Source of the DNA: the human T2T-CHM13v2.0 reference genome, Homo sapiens
Length of the DNA: 64,000 nt
Direction: 5' to 3' (one strand)
Assembly (NCBI RefSeq): GCF_009914755.1
Contig: NC_060928.1
Below are positions 53,950 to 64,000 of this stretch, piece after piece (positions within the stretch are counted from its first letter, which is position 1; each line of letters starts with the position of its first letter). The notes beneath the pieces were generated by a model that had not been told where the DNA came from, made no database searches, and saw nothing but the letters and a program-made list of their open reading frames with translations. A program made the translations under genes and the position numbers.

Positions 53950-54350
53950 AGCAATGATTGCATATCAATTGCCAAATCTGTTTTCTCCATGTTCCATTTT
54001 AGGGTATAATGGAACATGTCTAAATTTCCCTTGCAATTACTGTTGTCAGATGACTTAGTTCTTGCAATTGAAATGTGAGTAGAAACAACATGTCATTTCT
54101 GGATCTGGACCTTCGTTTATTGGGTATATCTTCCCTTTCCTACTAAATGGGACATGCATGTGACAGAGTCCCAGCTTTGACCATGTGGATCATAACATAC
54201 TGGGGAACGGGGGAGCAACAAAATGAAAGAATTCTGTATCCTGAGTGGCAATCCTGATGTGAGCTGTCCTAGGTCATTGGGCAAGAAATAAATGAACTTT
54301 GTTCTTTAAGTCAACAAGTTGTGAGGTTTCCTTGATAGGAATGCATAGGC
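53950..54350 (+). mobile_element. ERVL solo LTR (LTR16-like)
   Basis: tgacttagttcttgcaattgaaatgtgagtagaa, ccagctttgaccatg, ggagcaacaaaatgaaagaa, agaaataaa. Confidence 0.65.
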
Positions 54351-54420
54351 TCCACGCTGTAGATACTATTGACTAAGCCTCAAATTGATAGCATCTTTTA
54401 AAGACAGTGACTCTGTAGAA

Positions 54421-54607
54421 CAGTGCTTCTCAAAGCAAAGTTCCCAGGGTGGTTGCAGCAGCAGCACCGGCAATATGTTAGAAATGCAAAATCTCAGGCC
54501 TCACCCAAGATCTTCTGAATCAGAAACTTGGAGGTGGGGTTCAGGCATCAATGTTATAAGAAGCTCTCCACATTTTTCTGAAGCAGACTTAAGTTTGAGA
54601 ATCACTG
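54421..54607. mobile_element. MER5A hAT-Charlie MITE, full length
   Basis: Terminal inverted repeats cagtgcttctcaaa / tttgagaatcactg; ttagaaatgcaaaatctcaggcc...ctgaatcagaaact. Confidence 0.92.
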
Positions 54608-54654
54608 TTATTAGCGGGGAGGAGGTTGGGAAGGGGTAGGGACGTTATGGAGAG

Positions 54655-54890
54655 AGCGAGTAGTGCTTTAAGAGAATGGGCATTGCAAATAAAATGCCTG
54701 GCTTTGAATTCTGCCCCTTACTCTGTAGGTAAACTTGGGCAAGTCAGCCTCTCTAGTCCTTAGTTGCTTTATCTGTAGAATAGGGATTGTAATTATACAT
54801 CAGACATAGGGTCATTGTAAGGATTAAACAAGTCAATATGCATAATGCATTCAGAACAGTGCCTGGCATATAAAATGTTAGCTACAGTTA
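54655..54890 (+). mobile_element. MIR SINE
   Basis: cctggctttgaattctgcc...cttgggcaagtca...tcatcagaacagtgcctggcata-type 3' end. Confidence 0.88.
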
Positions 54891-57069
54891 CCATTTAAGC
54901 AATGAAGTTGTGTTGAAGAGTGGAAAATTAATCTACACAAACAAAGGGATAGTAGAGCAGGACCATGTAACTTCTCTGTGGTGACAATGTGTCTAATATT
55001 TATGAAGTAAGTAACACATATTTGTTGAGCGTTAGCTCAATGCAAGACACTATGTTAGGTGCTAGGGTAAGCAAAAAGGAAGACAACACAGGTCGGCTCT
55101 GAACGACCTTAAACCCCTAACACCAGCCTAGATTCTACTGTCTTAAAATGATCCACTATCCAAAATTTTAGGCAATTTCTAGACAATTTCAAAATGTGGT
55201 TCTCAATTATTCTCATACTCATTAGAATACCTGCCAGGGGGCCAGAGTTAAAAAGCGTAAAGGCATTTAACTGCTTGTCTGTCTGCTTTCAATATTCTAT
55301 AAAAGGAAATTTTTTATAAAAAAATCTGGGCTTTCACATCAAGTGATGATTTGACATTAATGCATATACCTCTACAGAAGTGATCAAAGAACTGAGGTTT
55401 TCTATCAAAGCACCTGATTGCACTTTAAACTTTATTTTTCTATGGTATGGCATGAACTGAGAATACTTCTTATGATTTAGGAACGATTATGCACTTCTAT
55501 CTTCCACCCGACTCTATATATAGTAAGTAGTAAGCTCCGGCTTACAAGTATGGTAAACTAATCACAGAAAAGAAATTCCAGTGTTTGGTATGAAGCACAG
55601 TTCATCACTGCAGCTGGAAGGGCATGTATTTCAACACTGAGAAGGCCTTGCTAGTTTATTTTAGACTAAAACATTAGCAAATGTACACAGAAAAGGCCAT
55701 AGGATTTCATTTCTAAGCAAAATTTAGTCAAATATTAGGAAGTTTGCTCTGTTCTGATATTGCTTTTAGAACCAGAGATGCTGTTTTCCTATGGGATTCA
55801 TGCTTTTTCTTATTAGAAGCTCAACATCTGTTCCTCAGCAGCTGAAAGAGAATATGGCTAATGGATTAAAAAAAAAAAAAAGAAAAATCAACAACAACTT
55901 CAAATCTCAGCAGTTAGAATGTAGGCTTCTGTGGCTTGGCATCCTCAGAACATATATTCTGAAATAGGGTAAAAGAAAAGAGAGGTTTAGGTTGAATATC
56001 AGAAAAAATTTCAGAAAGGCAACAAATTTGGAAGGAACAAAAAGTCTCCCTGGTAGGGGAGACCACACTTAGAATCAGACTGAACAAAGCACAAAAACTT
56101 ATACTGAGAAGTACTGTTGACCAGTAGAAAAATGAATCTTATGCCCAAAAGATAGTTTTTCCAATTTTAATATGTGATTTTCTAATTACTTTCTAGAAAT
56201 ATAAAAATTTAACTAGTTTGAGAAAAATTGGGGTACTTTCTGGGAACATTGACTCTTGCTCTTCTTTATGTGATTAAAAACTTTAGACAAAAAATCAGAT
56301 GTATTTTAAATCATTTCTCTTTCTCCTCTAAGTGTACTTGAACTATGATAAATATAATAATTTGTTATTTATAAGACAAAAAAATGGAATGACAAATAAG
56401 CATTTGTCTTTGGGGAGAATAAATTTATTTCAACCTGATCTATATGGCCTCCTCCTAGAAATAAGCCATCATTATAAATGAGGAGAAAAGTATCAATTAA
56501 TTATCTTCCTACATGTAGGTGTGCATAAGAGCCTAGGCAGACATATTTACACAGTTACAGTGAATCTGTCCTTCTGGCAAATGTAACTGAAATGTAACTG
56601 GAAGCTTATCCTCTTTCTTTCTTTCTTCTTCTTCTTTTTTTTTTCTGAGAGAAAAATTCAGGTGAAATTCACTGATGTTTGGTAGAAAGCCCAGTTGCCT
56701 CTGTGCTGATTTGTTCTGATTTATGGCTTTGAGGAATAACTGTGCAAGCTCCTAAGTTTGGTTAATGCAGGCTTTGCTTTTCAATTAATTTAGGATTTCA
56801 GGCACTGCGTAATTCCAGTATTAACAACCCATTGTTACCAATAAAAACAGAAATCTCTTCCTGATCCCTGCTAGGTTGCAAAGTGGAGAATATAGAGGAT
56901 TATGATTTACCCCTTTGTACATTCTCAGCAAGGCTTTAAGGTCCTTAAAACATGACCCACACTAACCAGCCTTAGGTTTCCACTGTCTCATAGCTCAGTT
57001 TCCACCAAAATGGGGATATTTACCCAGAGATCTGTGCTCAGTTGGCTCTCTGCTTCTTGACTAGCTTCA

Positions 57070-57340
57070 TTTACTGCCCATTGAAATTCTAACCCCAGGT
57101 CAAAAGCCATCTTTTCCATGACATATTTTTTCATCCTGACTGCTGCAAGCCATCTGGTCTCCTGCCCCGTCCCATTGTTTATGTCTTCCTTATTGTCCTC
57201 CTCATAGTCTGTCTTCTGTACTGACTGGAGGCTTCCATTTCTCTCCAGCAGATTATACTTGAGGTAAAGACTGAGTCTTATTCATATTTCCTGCAGCATC
57301 CAGGGCAGTGCTGTGTGTAGAGCATGTGTATGACATTAAA
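57070..57340 (+). mobile_element. L2 3' fragment
   Basis: cttgaggtaaagactgagtcttattcatatt...cagggcagtgctgtg. Confidence 0.6.
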
Positions 57341-58508
57341 CCCATCCTCGCAGAACAGTGAGTACAGGCTTTATGTCAGGCACCGGGCGAGCACAATGAA
57401 AGACTGTAAATTACTACCCTCAGAAAGTCCTCAAACTGGTTGGGCAGTTGAGACTTGTGTAAATATATTTATCCTATGAGAAAGAATTTAAGGGAATTCA
57501 AATGAAAGAAAACCATGGGTATTCACAGAATGGAAAAAATTACTATGTGTGTGTTGGGGTAAGGTATGAGGTAGGTGATGTGTGTCAGAGAAAATTTCAA
57601 AGAAAAAGTGTGGGCTAGAATACAAAAAAGTCTAGGGGACAAAGATCGGAATTGATTGGGATGCCAAAATTCCATGCAGAAAAGATCTAAGGAGTGAAAG
57701 ATCAAGCCAGATGACCAAGCACTTTCAAAGCTCTTACAGGTTTGGGGGTAAACTTATAAAAGGCCCTCATCGCCAGTTAAAAATCTTTGTAAAATAACAT
57801 GTCAGGGAGACTCATCTGGTGTTTGTGTGTAGGAGAGGAGATGGGAGGTGAGGAGGTGAGGGGGCAGGTGGGATGAGAGAGATGAGGCTGGTCGTACTAA
57901 GGTGCTGCCCATATGGCTCAATCTTTCTGACACATGTACAGGACAGTGCACCGTGTAAAAAATAATGATTATTTACACTTACAGGATAAGAATATTCACA
58001 AAAGATTCACTGCTTTATAAAAGGCTTAAACATAAAATTCCTTTAAGAACAGTAAGCACTTCTGGTGAGCACAAAATTATTTTTCTTCAACTTTTGTAAA
58101 ACTCTTTCAGAAACATAACTAGTGAGTGATGCAAAGCACATCTGTATCCAATTATGTTAGAGCACCAATATATTTCTGGTTTATAAAGAAGAGTATCCAG
58201 AACAGAAGCTCTTGCACTATTTCACTCAGATTTTAAGGCGTCCTCAGAGTCCTACTCTTTAGTAATCTCAAAAGTACATATTCTAAGCTGCATAGCGATA
58301 GACAAGACAGTATGAAAACTTTCTAAAAACTTACATATTTCTCCTTAAAAACTGCTGCAATGACTTCTTAACTTCCTTGAGATATAGGCGATTCACAAGC
58401 CCACTCAGCCATCTGTTTTGCTTGATTTCAGACCATTTCCATCTTTTCCAGAGACACAAAGGCAAATAATGTATGTGTATCTATGTGCATGTGCTTGCTT
58501 GAGTGAGG

Positions 58509-58549
58509 GTGTGTGCACGCACACGCGCGCACACACACACACACACACA
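58509..58549. repeat. Mixed (GT)/(GC)/(CA)n alternating purine-pyrimidine microsatellite
   Basis: gtgtgtgcacgcacacgcgcgc(ac)n read directly. Confidence 0.9.
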
Positions 58550-58936
58550 AGTTTGGATTGTGTTCTCCATATCAAGTTTTTGAAACTGTTCTTTTCTTGG
58601 GGCAGTATATAACCAGTTATTTAGCAATAATGTTTGCCTAGAGTTATTTGTTTTGAAACACAGAATCTTTTTAAACCTTGTTTCTCTTTTAACAGCAAAA
58701 AGAAGCTTGAGTGATTATAGCAAACTTTCAAAGTCAATGCCACTAAGTGTCCTTTTTATGGTAGCAGAATTAGTTTTTATTTTCATACAGTATTCAGGAG
58801 GTATGAAAGCAGATGAACCTAGGAATGCCACAGCTGACAGTGATTCCACCCACAACAATTGAGAAGAGCACAAATAACCTCTCCCCTATAGGGACTATGT
58901 ACGCCCTGATTCTTTTTGCTATGGTTTAAAGTCTAA

Positions 58937-59290
<354 letters not shown>

Positions 59291-59545
59291 AATACTAGGT
59301 AATATTTATTGAACACTTATTAAGTGCTGAGTCCTGTTCTAAGTACTTTGTATGTATCAATTGGTTGAATCCTACAACTACCTGTATGATGTAGATACTA
59401 TTGCTATGCCCTTTTACAGATGAGGAAATTGAAGCACAGAGGAATTGAACAACTTGCCCAAAGTTACAGAGCTGGGAGAGTTGTGGTTTGAACTCAGACA
59501 GTTTGACCCCAGACCCTGCCCTGGAACCAGTTGCTCTGAGAACCA
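59291..59545 (-). mobile_element. MIR SINE, near full length
   Basis: atttattgaacactt...ttttacagatgaggaaattgaagcacagag...tttgaactcagacagtttgac. Confidence 0.92.
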
Positions 59546-60439
59546 ATTGTTTACCTCCTTTTTATTCCTTCCAAAATTCCATGGCATTATGCTTTTTTGG
59601 AGGAGTAGAACTAGAAAGAAGGAAGCCATTGTAAGTGAGTAGAATGCTCATATATGCTATCCTGTTTTATTATTTAATCTTTATAACAACTCTTCAAGGT
59701 AGATATTATTCGTGTGGGTTACAGATGAAGAAGCTTGCCCTATAGTTTGTAAGTGGCACCAAGATTTGAACCTGAAACTAACAAATGACATTTGTTCAGT
59801 GTCAACTGTGTGCTGGATGTTTTATATCCATTTTCTCTTTGATCTTTACAATGATCTTGTAAGGAAGGTGTCTTTGGGAGTCATAAGAATGAGGTAAGTA
59901 AAGAAAGTCTTGAATGGGTTTCAGTCTGTGGAAAGCAGGCTAGCTCTAGATTGCTGTGCTATACTGCAAGAAGCATCTGTCCATGTGATGAGTAGGAAAT
60001 AGATGTATCCATCACATTTCACTTACTTTCATTAGGAGATAGTGAGACTGTGAGAAAAAGAGCACTGGATGAGAGTCATATATTGGTGGGAAGCTGACTG
60101 AAATCAGGGAAAATACCTCACTGGGAAGTAAACATCATACATTTGGTTGAGATGTTTCTTGCTGTGCAGAAGATGATTCCCATTGACACATCTGGAGCTG
60201 AATGCTTGATCTTGAGGTAGAAACCATTGGTTTTCCAGTGAGTCCCTTCATACGTCTAGGTCAGCTTGTCCCTTGTTTGAGACAGGTGGGAGCTTCCCAT
60301 GAACTGCTCCCACGATGTCTAGTTAGTATTCATGACTATATCATTTTCTAAGATTTTGGGTCATAGGTTTCTCCTATGTTTCAATTACCCTAGGACCCAT
60401 AAGTGTACAGCTGTTAAAAAAAAAAAAGTTCCTGGTGTC

Positions 60440-60580
60440 AGTGACAGGTACAACTCTCATTTTCCAGATGACAATCTGAAACTTGAGAGGTTTAGGTCCA
60501 GGATTAGACAATAAATGTCAAAGCTAGGGTTGAAGTCAGATGTACTGACTACAAAGACACATATATTGGAATATAACAAC
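60440..60580 (-). mobile_element. MIR SINE fragment
   Basis: ctcattttccagatgacaatctgaaacttgagaggtttagg. Confidence 0.7.
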
Positions 60581-61113
60581 ATGCTGTCTTGCTTGTAGAA
60601 TTGTTCACCTCTTTTGCTTGTATAATTTTTATTTCAGCAGTTTCTTCTGTTATTCAAACTATGTGAAGCTATTCCAGCAAGCTTATGTAATAGAGAATAG
60701 CATAAAATGTTTGCCAGTAATCTTTTGGTAATCTTAGTTTTCCATTTGACATTAAAAATCTGAGATTTCTCCTTTCCATGCTCATGCCACTGGTCCTTAA
60801 ATTACTACAGAATTTTTCTAAACGTTTTCCGGGCCTCAACTTTCTTTCCTTTCCAGAAAATTGTCAAAAAAAAAAACATAGATAAGGTTACTAAAACATA
60901 GATAAGATCACAAAAACCTGTAGTAGCTCACCACTGCTGATAGCAATTGTTCCTGGCTTCCCTGCCTGTGAGTCTCAGCTTTAGAGCATTTTAAATATCC
61001 AGGTGCTCATGTTTCACCCTAGACGGCTACTCCTAATTTGGTCACTGAGCAGATAGATTATGTATGTTTACATAATTGTTTAATTATAAAGAATTACATG
61101 TACAAGATAATAA

Positions 61114-62024
61114 TGTAGGATATTTTCTTGACCCCTTCATGGGTCTTGCAACAGGGGTGCCTCATTTACTCAGCCTGCCCTGCTCAGACCCTCACAGAAG
61201 GGAGCATGTGAGTGAACAAGTCCAGGAACTGGAGAGATCAAGTGCAGGAACCAGATGCTTTGGTGCCGGTAGGAGCAAACTCTGTGTGGGGTCCCGCGGC
61301 AGCACCCAGGTGGAGTGCCTGTGTCCCAAGGTCCCAGAGGCATGTTACAATGCTCTCTTAGCTCTGCAGTCCACAGACAGCAGTGTGTTATCAGCTCAGT
61401 GGGCCCTTTGCCTCATCACATGGGGTGGTTGCCTTCTGTCACCAAGGCAAAGGTCCAGTGTGACAGCCTTTTTGGGTACCTGCACCTAGTGCATCCTGAA
61501 TTCATGTCCTGTGCCCAGGAAGATGAGGTCATGTGGCAGAATTGAAGGATAGTGAATGTGGATACTTTTATTGAGTGATGATAGCAGCTCTCAGCAGAGA
61601 GGGAGGAGCTGGATAAGGGACTGGAAGGGAAAGTTGCTCTCCCCTGAAGTCAAGCTGCCTCTCTGCCTCTCTCTTCTGAAGTCAAGTTACTTTGTCCAGC
61701 TGTGTCTCTGAAGTCAAAGTCGCCTCTCCCCTACGTCCGGCCACTTCTTCCCGACATTCAGCCACTTCTCCTGTCTGCTGGCTGAGTCTGGGGTCTTTAT
61801 AGGCACAGGATGGGGGCAGGTGGGTGATAGGTAGTTTTGGAAAAGGCAACATTCAATTGGTAAAAATACATTATTCAGAAAGAGCCAATCAGGAGAGAGT
61901 GGGGACATAGGGATGGAAGTTCTCACTTTGAGCCATGAGTTTCAGGCTTTTTGGGTCAAATATTGAGTTTTGCCAGAGATCCATCCCAGTCTGCCTAGAA
62001 TTTCTCTGCCTCCTGTTGCTGTCA
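61114..62024 (-). mobile_element. ERV1-class solo LTR (LTR27/LTR28/MER52 family)
   Basis: TG...CA termini, 4-bp TSD ataa (61110-61113, 62025-62028), minus-strand CCAAT, TATAAA and AATAAA in LTR order. Confidence 0.88.
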
Positions 62025-62056
62025 ATAATTTTCCCATCTCCCACTCAAAAAATCCC

Positions 62057-62350
62057 AGCTGAGTGCAGTGGCTCATGACTGTAATCCCAGCACATTGGGA
62101 GACTGAGGCAGGAGGATTGCTTGAACCCAGGAGTTTAAGACCAGCCTAAGCAACATGGTGAAACCTCTGTCTACAAGAAAGACAAAAATCAGCTGGTTGT
62201 GGTGGTGTACACCTGTAGTCCCAGCTACTTGGGCAGCTGAAACAGGAGTATTGCTTGAGACCCAGAAGGTGGAGGCTGCAATGAGCTGAGATTGTACCTC
62301 TGCATATCAGCCTGGGCCACAGAGCAAGACCATGTCTCAACAATAACAAA
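62057..62350 (+). mobile_element. AluJ
   Basis: ggcaggaggattgcttgaacccaggagttt, ggaggctgcaatgagctg; flanked by aaaaatccca repeats (TSD). Confidence 0.93.
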
Positions 62351-62717
62351 AATCCCAGCACCAGAGGGCATACATGAAAGTGAAAACTCCACATCTCAAT
62401 GTCAAATCCATTCTCAGGCCTCAGGAGCAGCTTCTAACTGCTGCAGCTTTTGTTCCTTTGCAGCTGGCTCCGTAATACTGGATAATGCCTTTATAAGAAA
62501 AGCTTCATGAGTGAATCTGATTCACACCAAAGGTCACCAAACACTGATCAGAGAATGAGGAACGAACTCCTTGAGCTGACCTTCAAGGTTCTTCATAATC
62601 TTATTCTTTAACTACATTCTGTGGATCCGATATTCTAGGCATGGGCATTTTCAAGAGTCTGCTGCCTTTTCTTACATTGTAGTCTCGGACTGGTATGTCC
62701 TAACCCCCATTTCTGCA

Positions 62718-62718
<1 letters not shown>

Positions 62719-62765
<47 letters not shown>
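62719..62765. repeat. (ATT)~15 microsatellite inside a degenerate L2
   Basis: Direct reading. Confidence 0.95.
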
Positions 62766-63289
62766 CCTTCAAGTACTCACTTCAAATGAAATTCCTCTAT
62801 GTAAGTGCCTTCTAAACTATTTCCCTATTGGTTTTTCTTTACCATATTTCTTTGATATTTCCAGAGCACAAATTTTATTCTATTCAGAGCTATTCAATGA
62901 CATTGCATGCTATGCTCATTTAAACTCACCAGAATCCAACTGCAGATCTTCAGAAGAAAGAGAGAGAAAGAGAGAGCAAGAGATACTACATAGGGATCTG
63001 TTGTTTCCACAGCTGGAATCAGTTCTCCTGTTGTTTCTTATGGTGTTGGTGCTTGTGAGGCTTTTAAAGTACAGTATGAGTCTACTCAATTTTCGCATTA
63101 CTTGCTGATTTTAGAACCCCACTCTCCCAGCAAGATACTAGTCCTAGTTAATTAGTTGTTTGCATGTGTCAGTGCAACCTTCTTCTTTGATCTGCATTTG
63201 GCTACTTACACATAACATACCAGAGTGCTTTCAAAGCACATTATTCCTTTTTTTTTTTTTCAACTTGAGGAAGGAAGTTAACTACTAAG

Positions 63290-63645
63290 TATAGCTTAGT
63301 GTTTAAGGTTCCAGGCTCAGAGCCAATCTGCTCAGGTTTGAATCCTAGCTGTACCACGTTTTGGGGTAGGATGACACATATTGTTCTGGTTTGCCCAGGA
63401 CAACCCCTTTTTATACCTTCCGTTTGTTCTAGCATCCTGTGCAGTGACTGCCTCCTTTCATGCTCAGATGTGTCCTGGTTTAGACGATTAACTCTATCAT
63501 CCCTCTCCTTTGGAGTAACTTTGTGCTTTTAAGCCTCAGCTTTTTCATCTGTAAAATGTAGAAAATATCATTACTTAAAGGCTGTTTCTAAAACATGACG
63601 AGCAGAATTCTGCATAGAGTAAACTTCTAATAAGCATTAGCCACA
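63290..63645 (+). mobile_element. MIR SINE split by a MER94
   Basis: ggtttgaatcctagct before and aagcctcagctttttcatctgtaaaatg after the insert. Confidence 0.8.
63367..63504. mobile_element. MER94-like hAT-Blackjack MITE
   Basis: taggatgac...ctggtttgcccaggaca...tgtgtcctggtttagacgat...catccct follows the MER94 consensus. Confidence 0.75.
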
Positions 63646-64000
63646 TTTCCCTCTTCCTTTGTTTTCTTGGGAAGGGTGTGTGCCTAAGTCATACTGTCCT
63701 AACTTGTTCACCAGTATTCAGGGATATGGCTTACTCATGCAATACTTCTTCCTTACAGTATTTACTCTCAATATTGGAAAATTGTTGTAATATACAGATT
63801 TTGTTAGAACAAGACATTTTATTGCTACATGTCAAAAAATGGTCTATATATATATATGTGCATATATAGAGATACACATATATGGTCTTCTCTGTCTCTC
63901 TCATCTTTCTGTACATATTAGACACACATACAAATGTAAGTTTATAAAGTCTTAATGTGAATGCCCCCTTCTCCCTTACATAAGGTATTCTAATGCATTA

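Noticed and set aside
61076-61489. 137-aa ORF
   Set aside because: Lies antisense within the ERV1 LTR; chance ORF in GC-richer sequence.
63700-64000. Possible DNA-transposon or L1 fragment at the window end
   Set aside because: Too degenerate and truncated to assign by eye.

Overview
Primate (human-like) euchromatic non-coding DNA, AT-rich, with no prokaryotic features, no recognisable protein-coding exon, no RNA gene and no CRISPR array. It is either a very large intron or a gene desert; I cannot name the locus. Much of the window is interspersed repeat: 8 Alus, L1PA/L1MB/L1ME fragments (several with intact target-site duplications, TSDs), many L2 and MIR fragments, two CR1/L3 relics, MaLR/ERVL/ERV1 solo LTRs and hAT MITEs. 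Between the repeats lie many repeat-free, CpG-retaining, homeobox/E-box/SOX-motif-rich blocks that look like conserved developmental enhancers, plus a consensus CTCF core at 48885-48898. The most unusual structure is a ~320-bp, ~89%-identical inverted duplication (14737-15057 / 16152-16473) fused directly to a tail-less 130-bp L1 fragment, suggesting an L1 reverse-transcription event that switched template onto local sequence. Other oddities are an exon-like polyalanine (GCT/GCC/ACT)17 tract behind a splice acceptor, a perfect 38-bp tandem duplication and a tail-less Alu with a poly-C expansion. Nearly all ORFs in the supplied track are repeat-derived or chance. Repeat boundaries and subfamily names are by-eye estimates from remembered consensus sequences.
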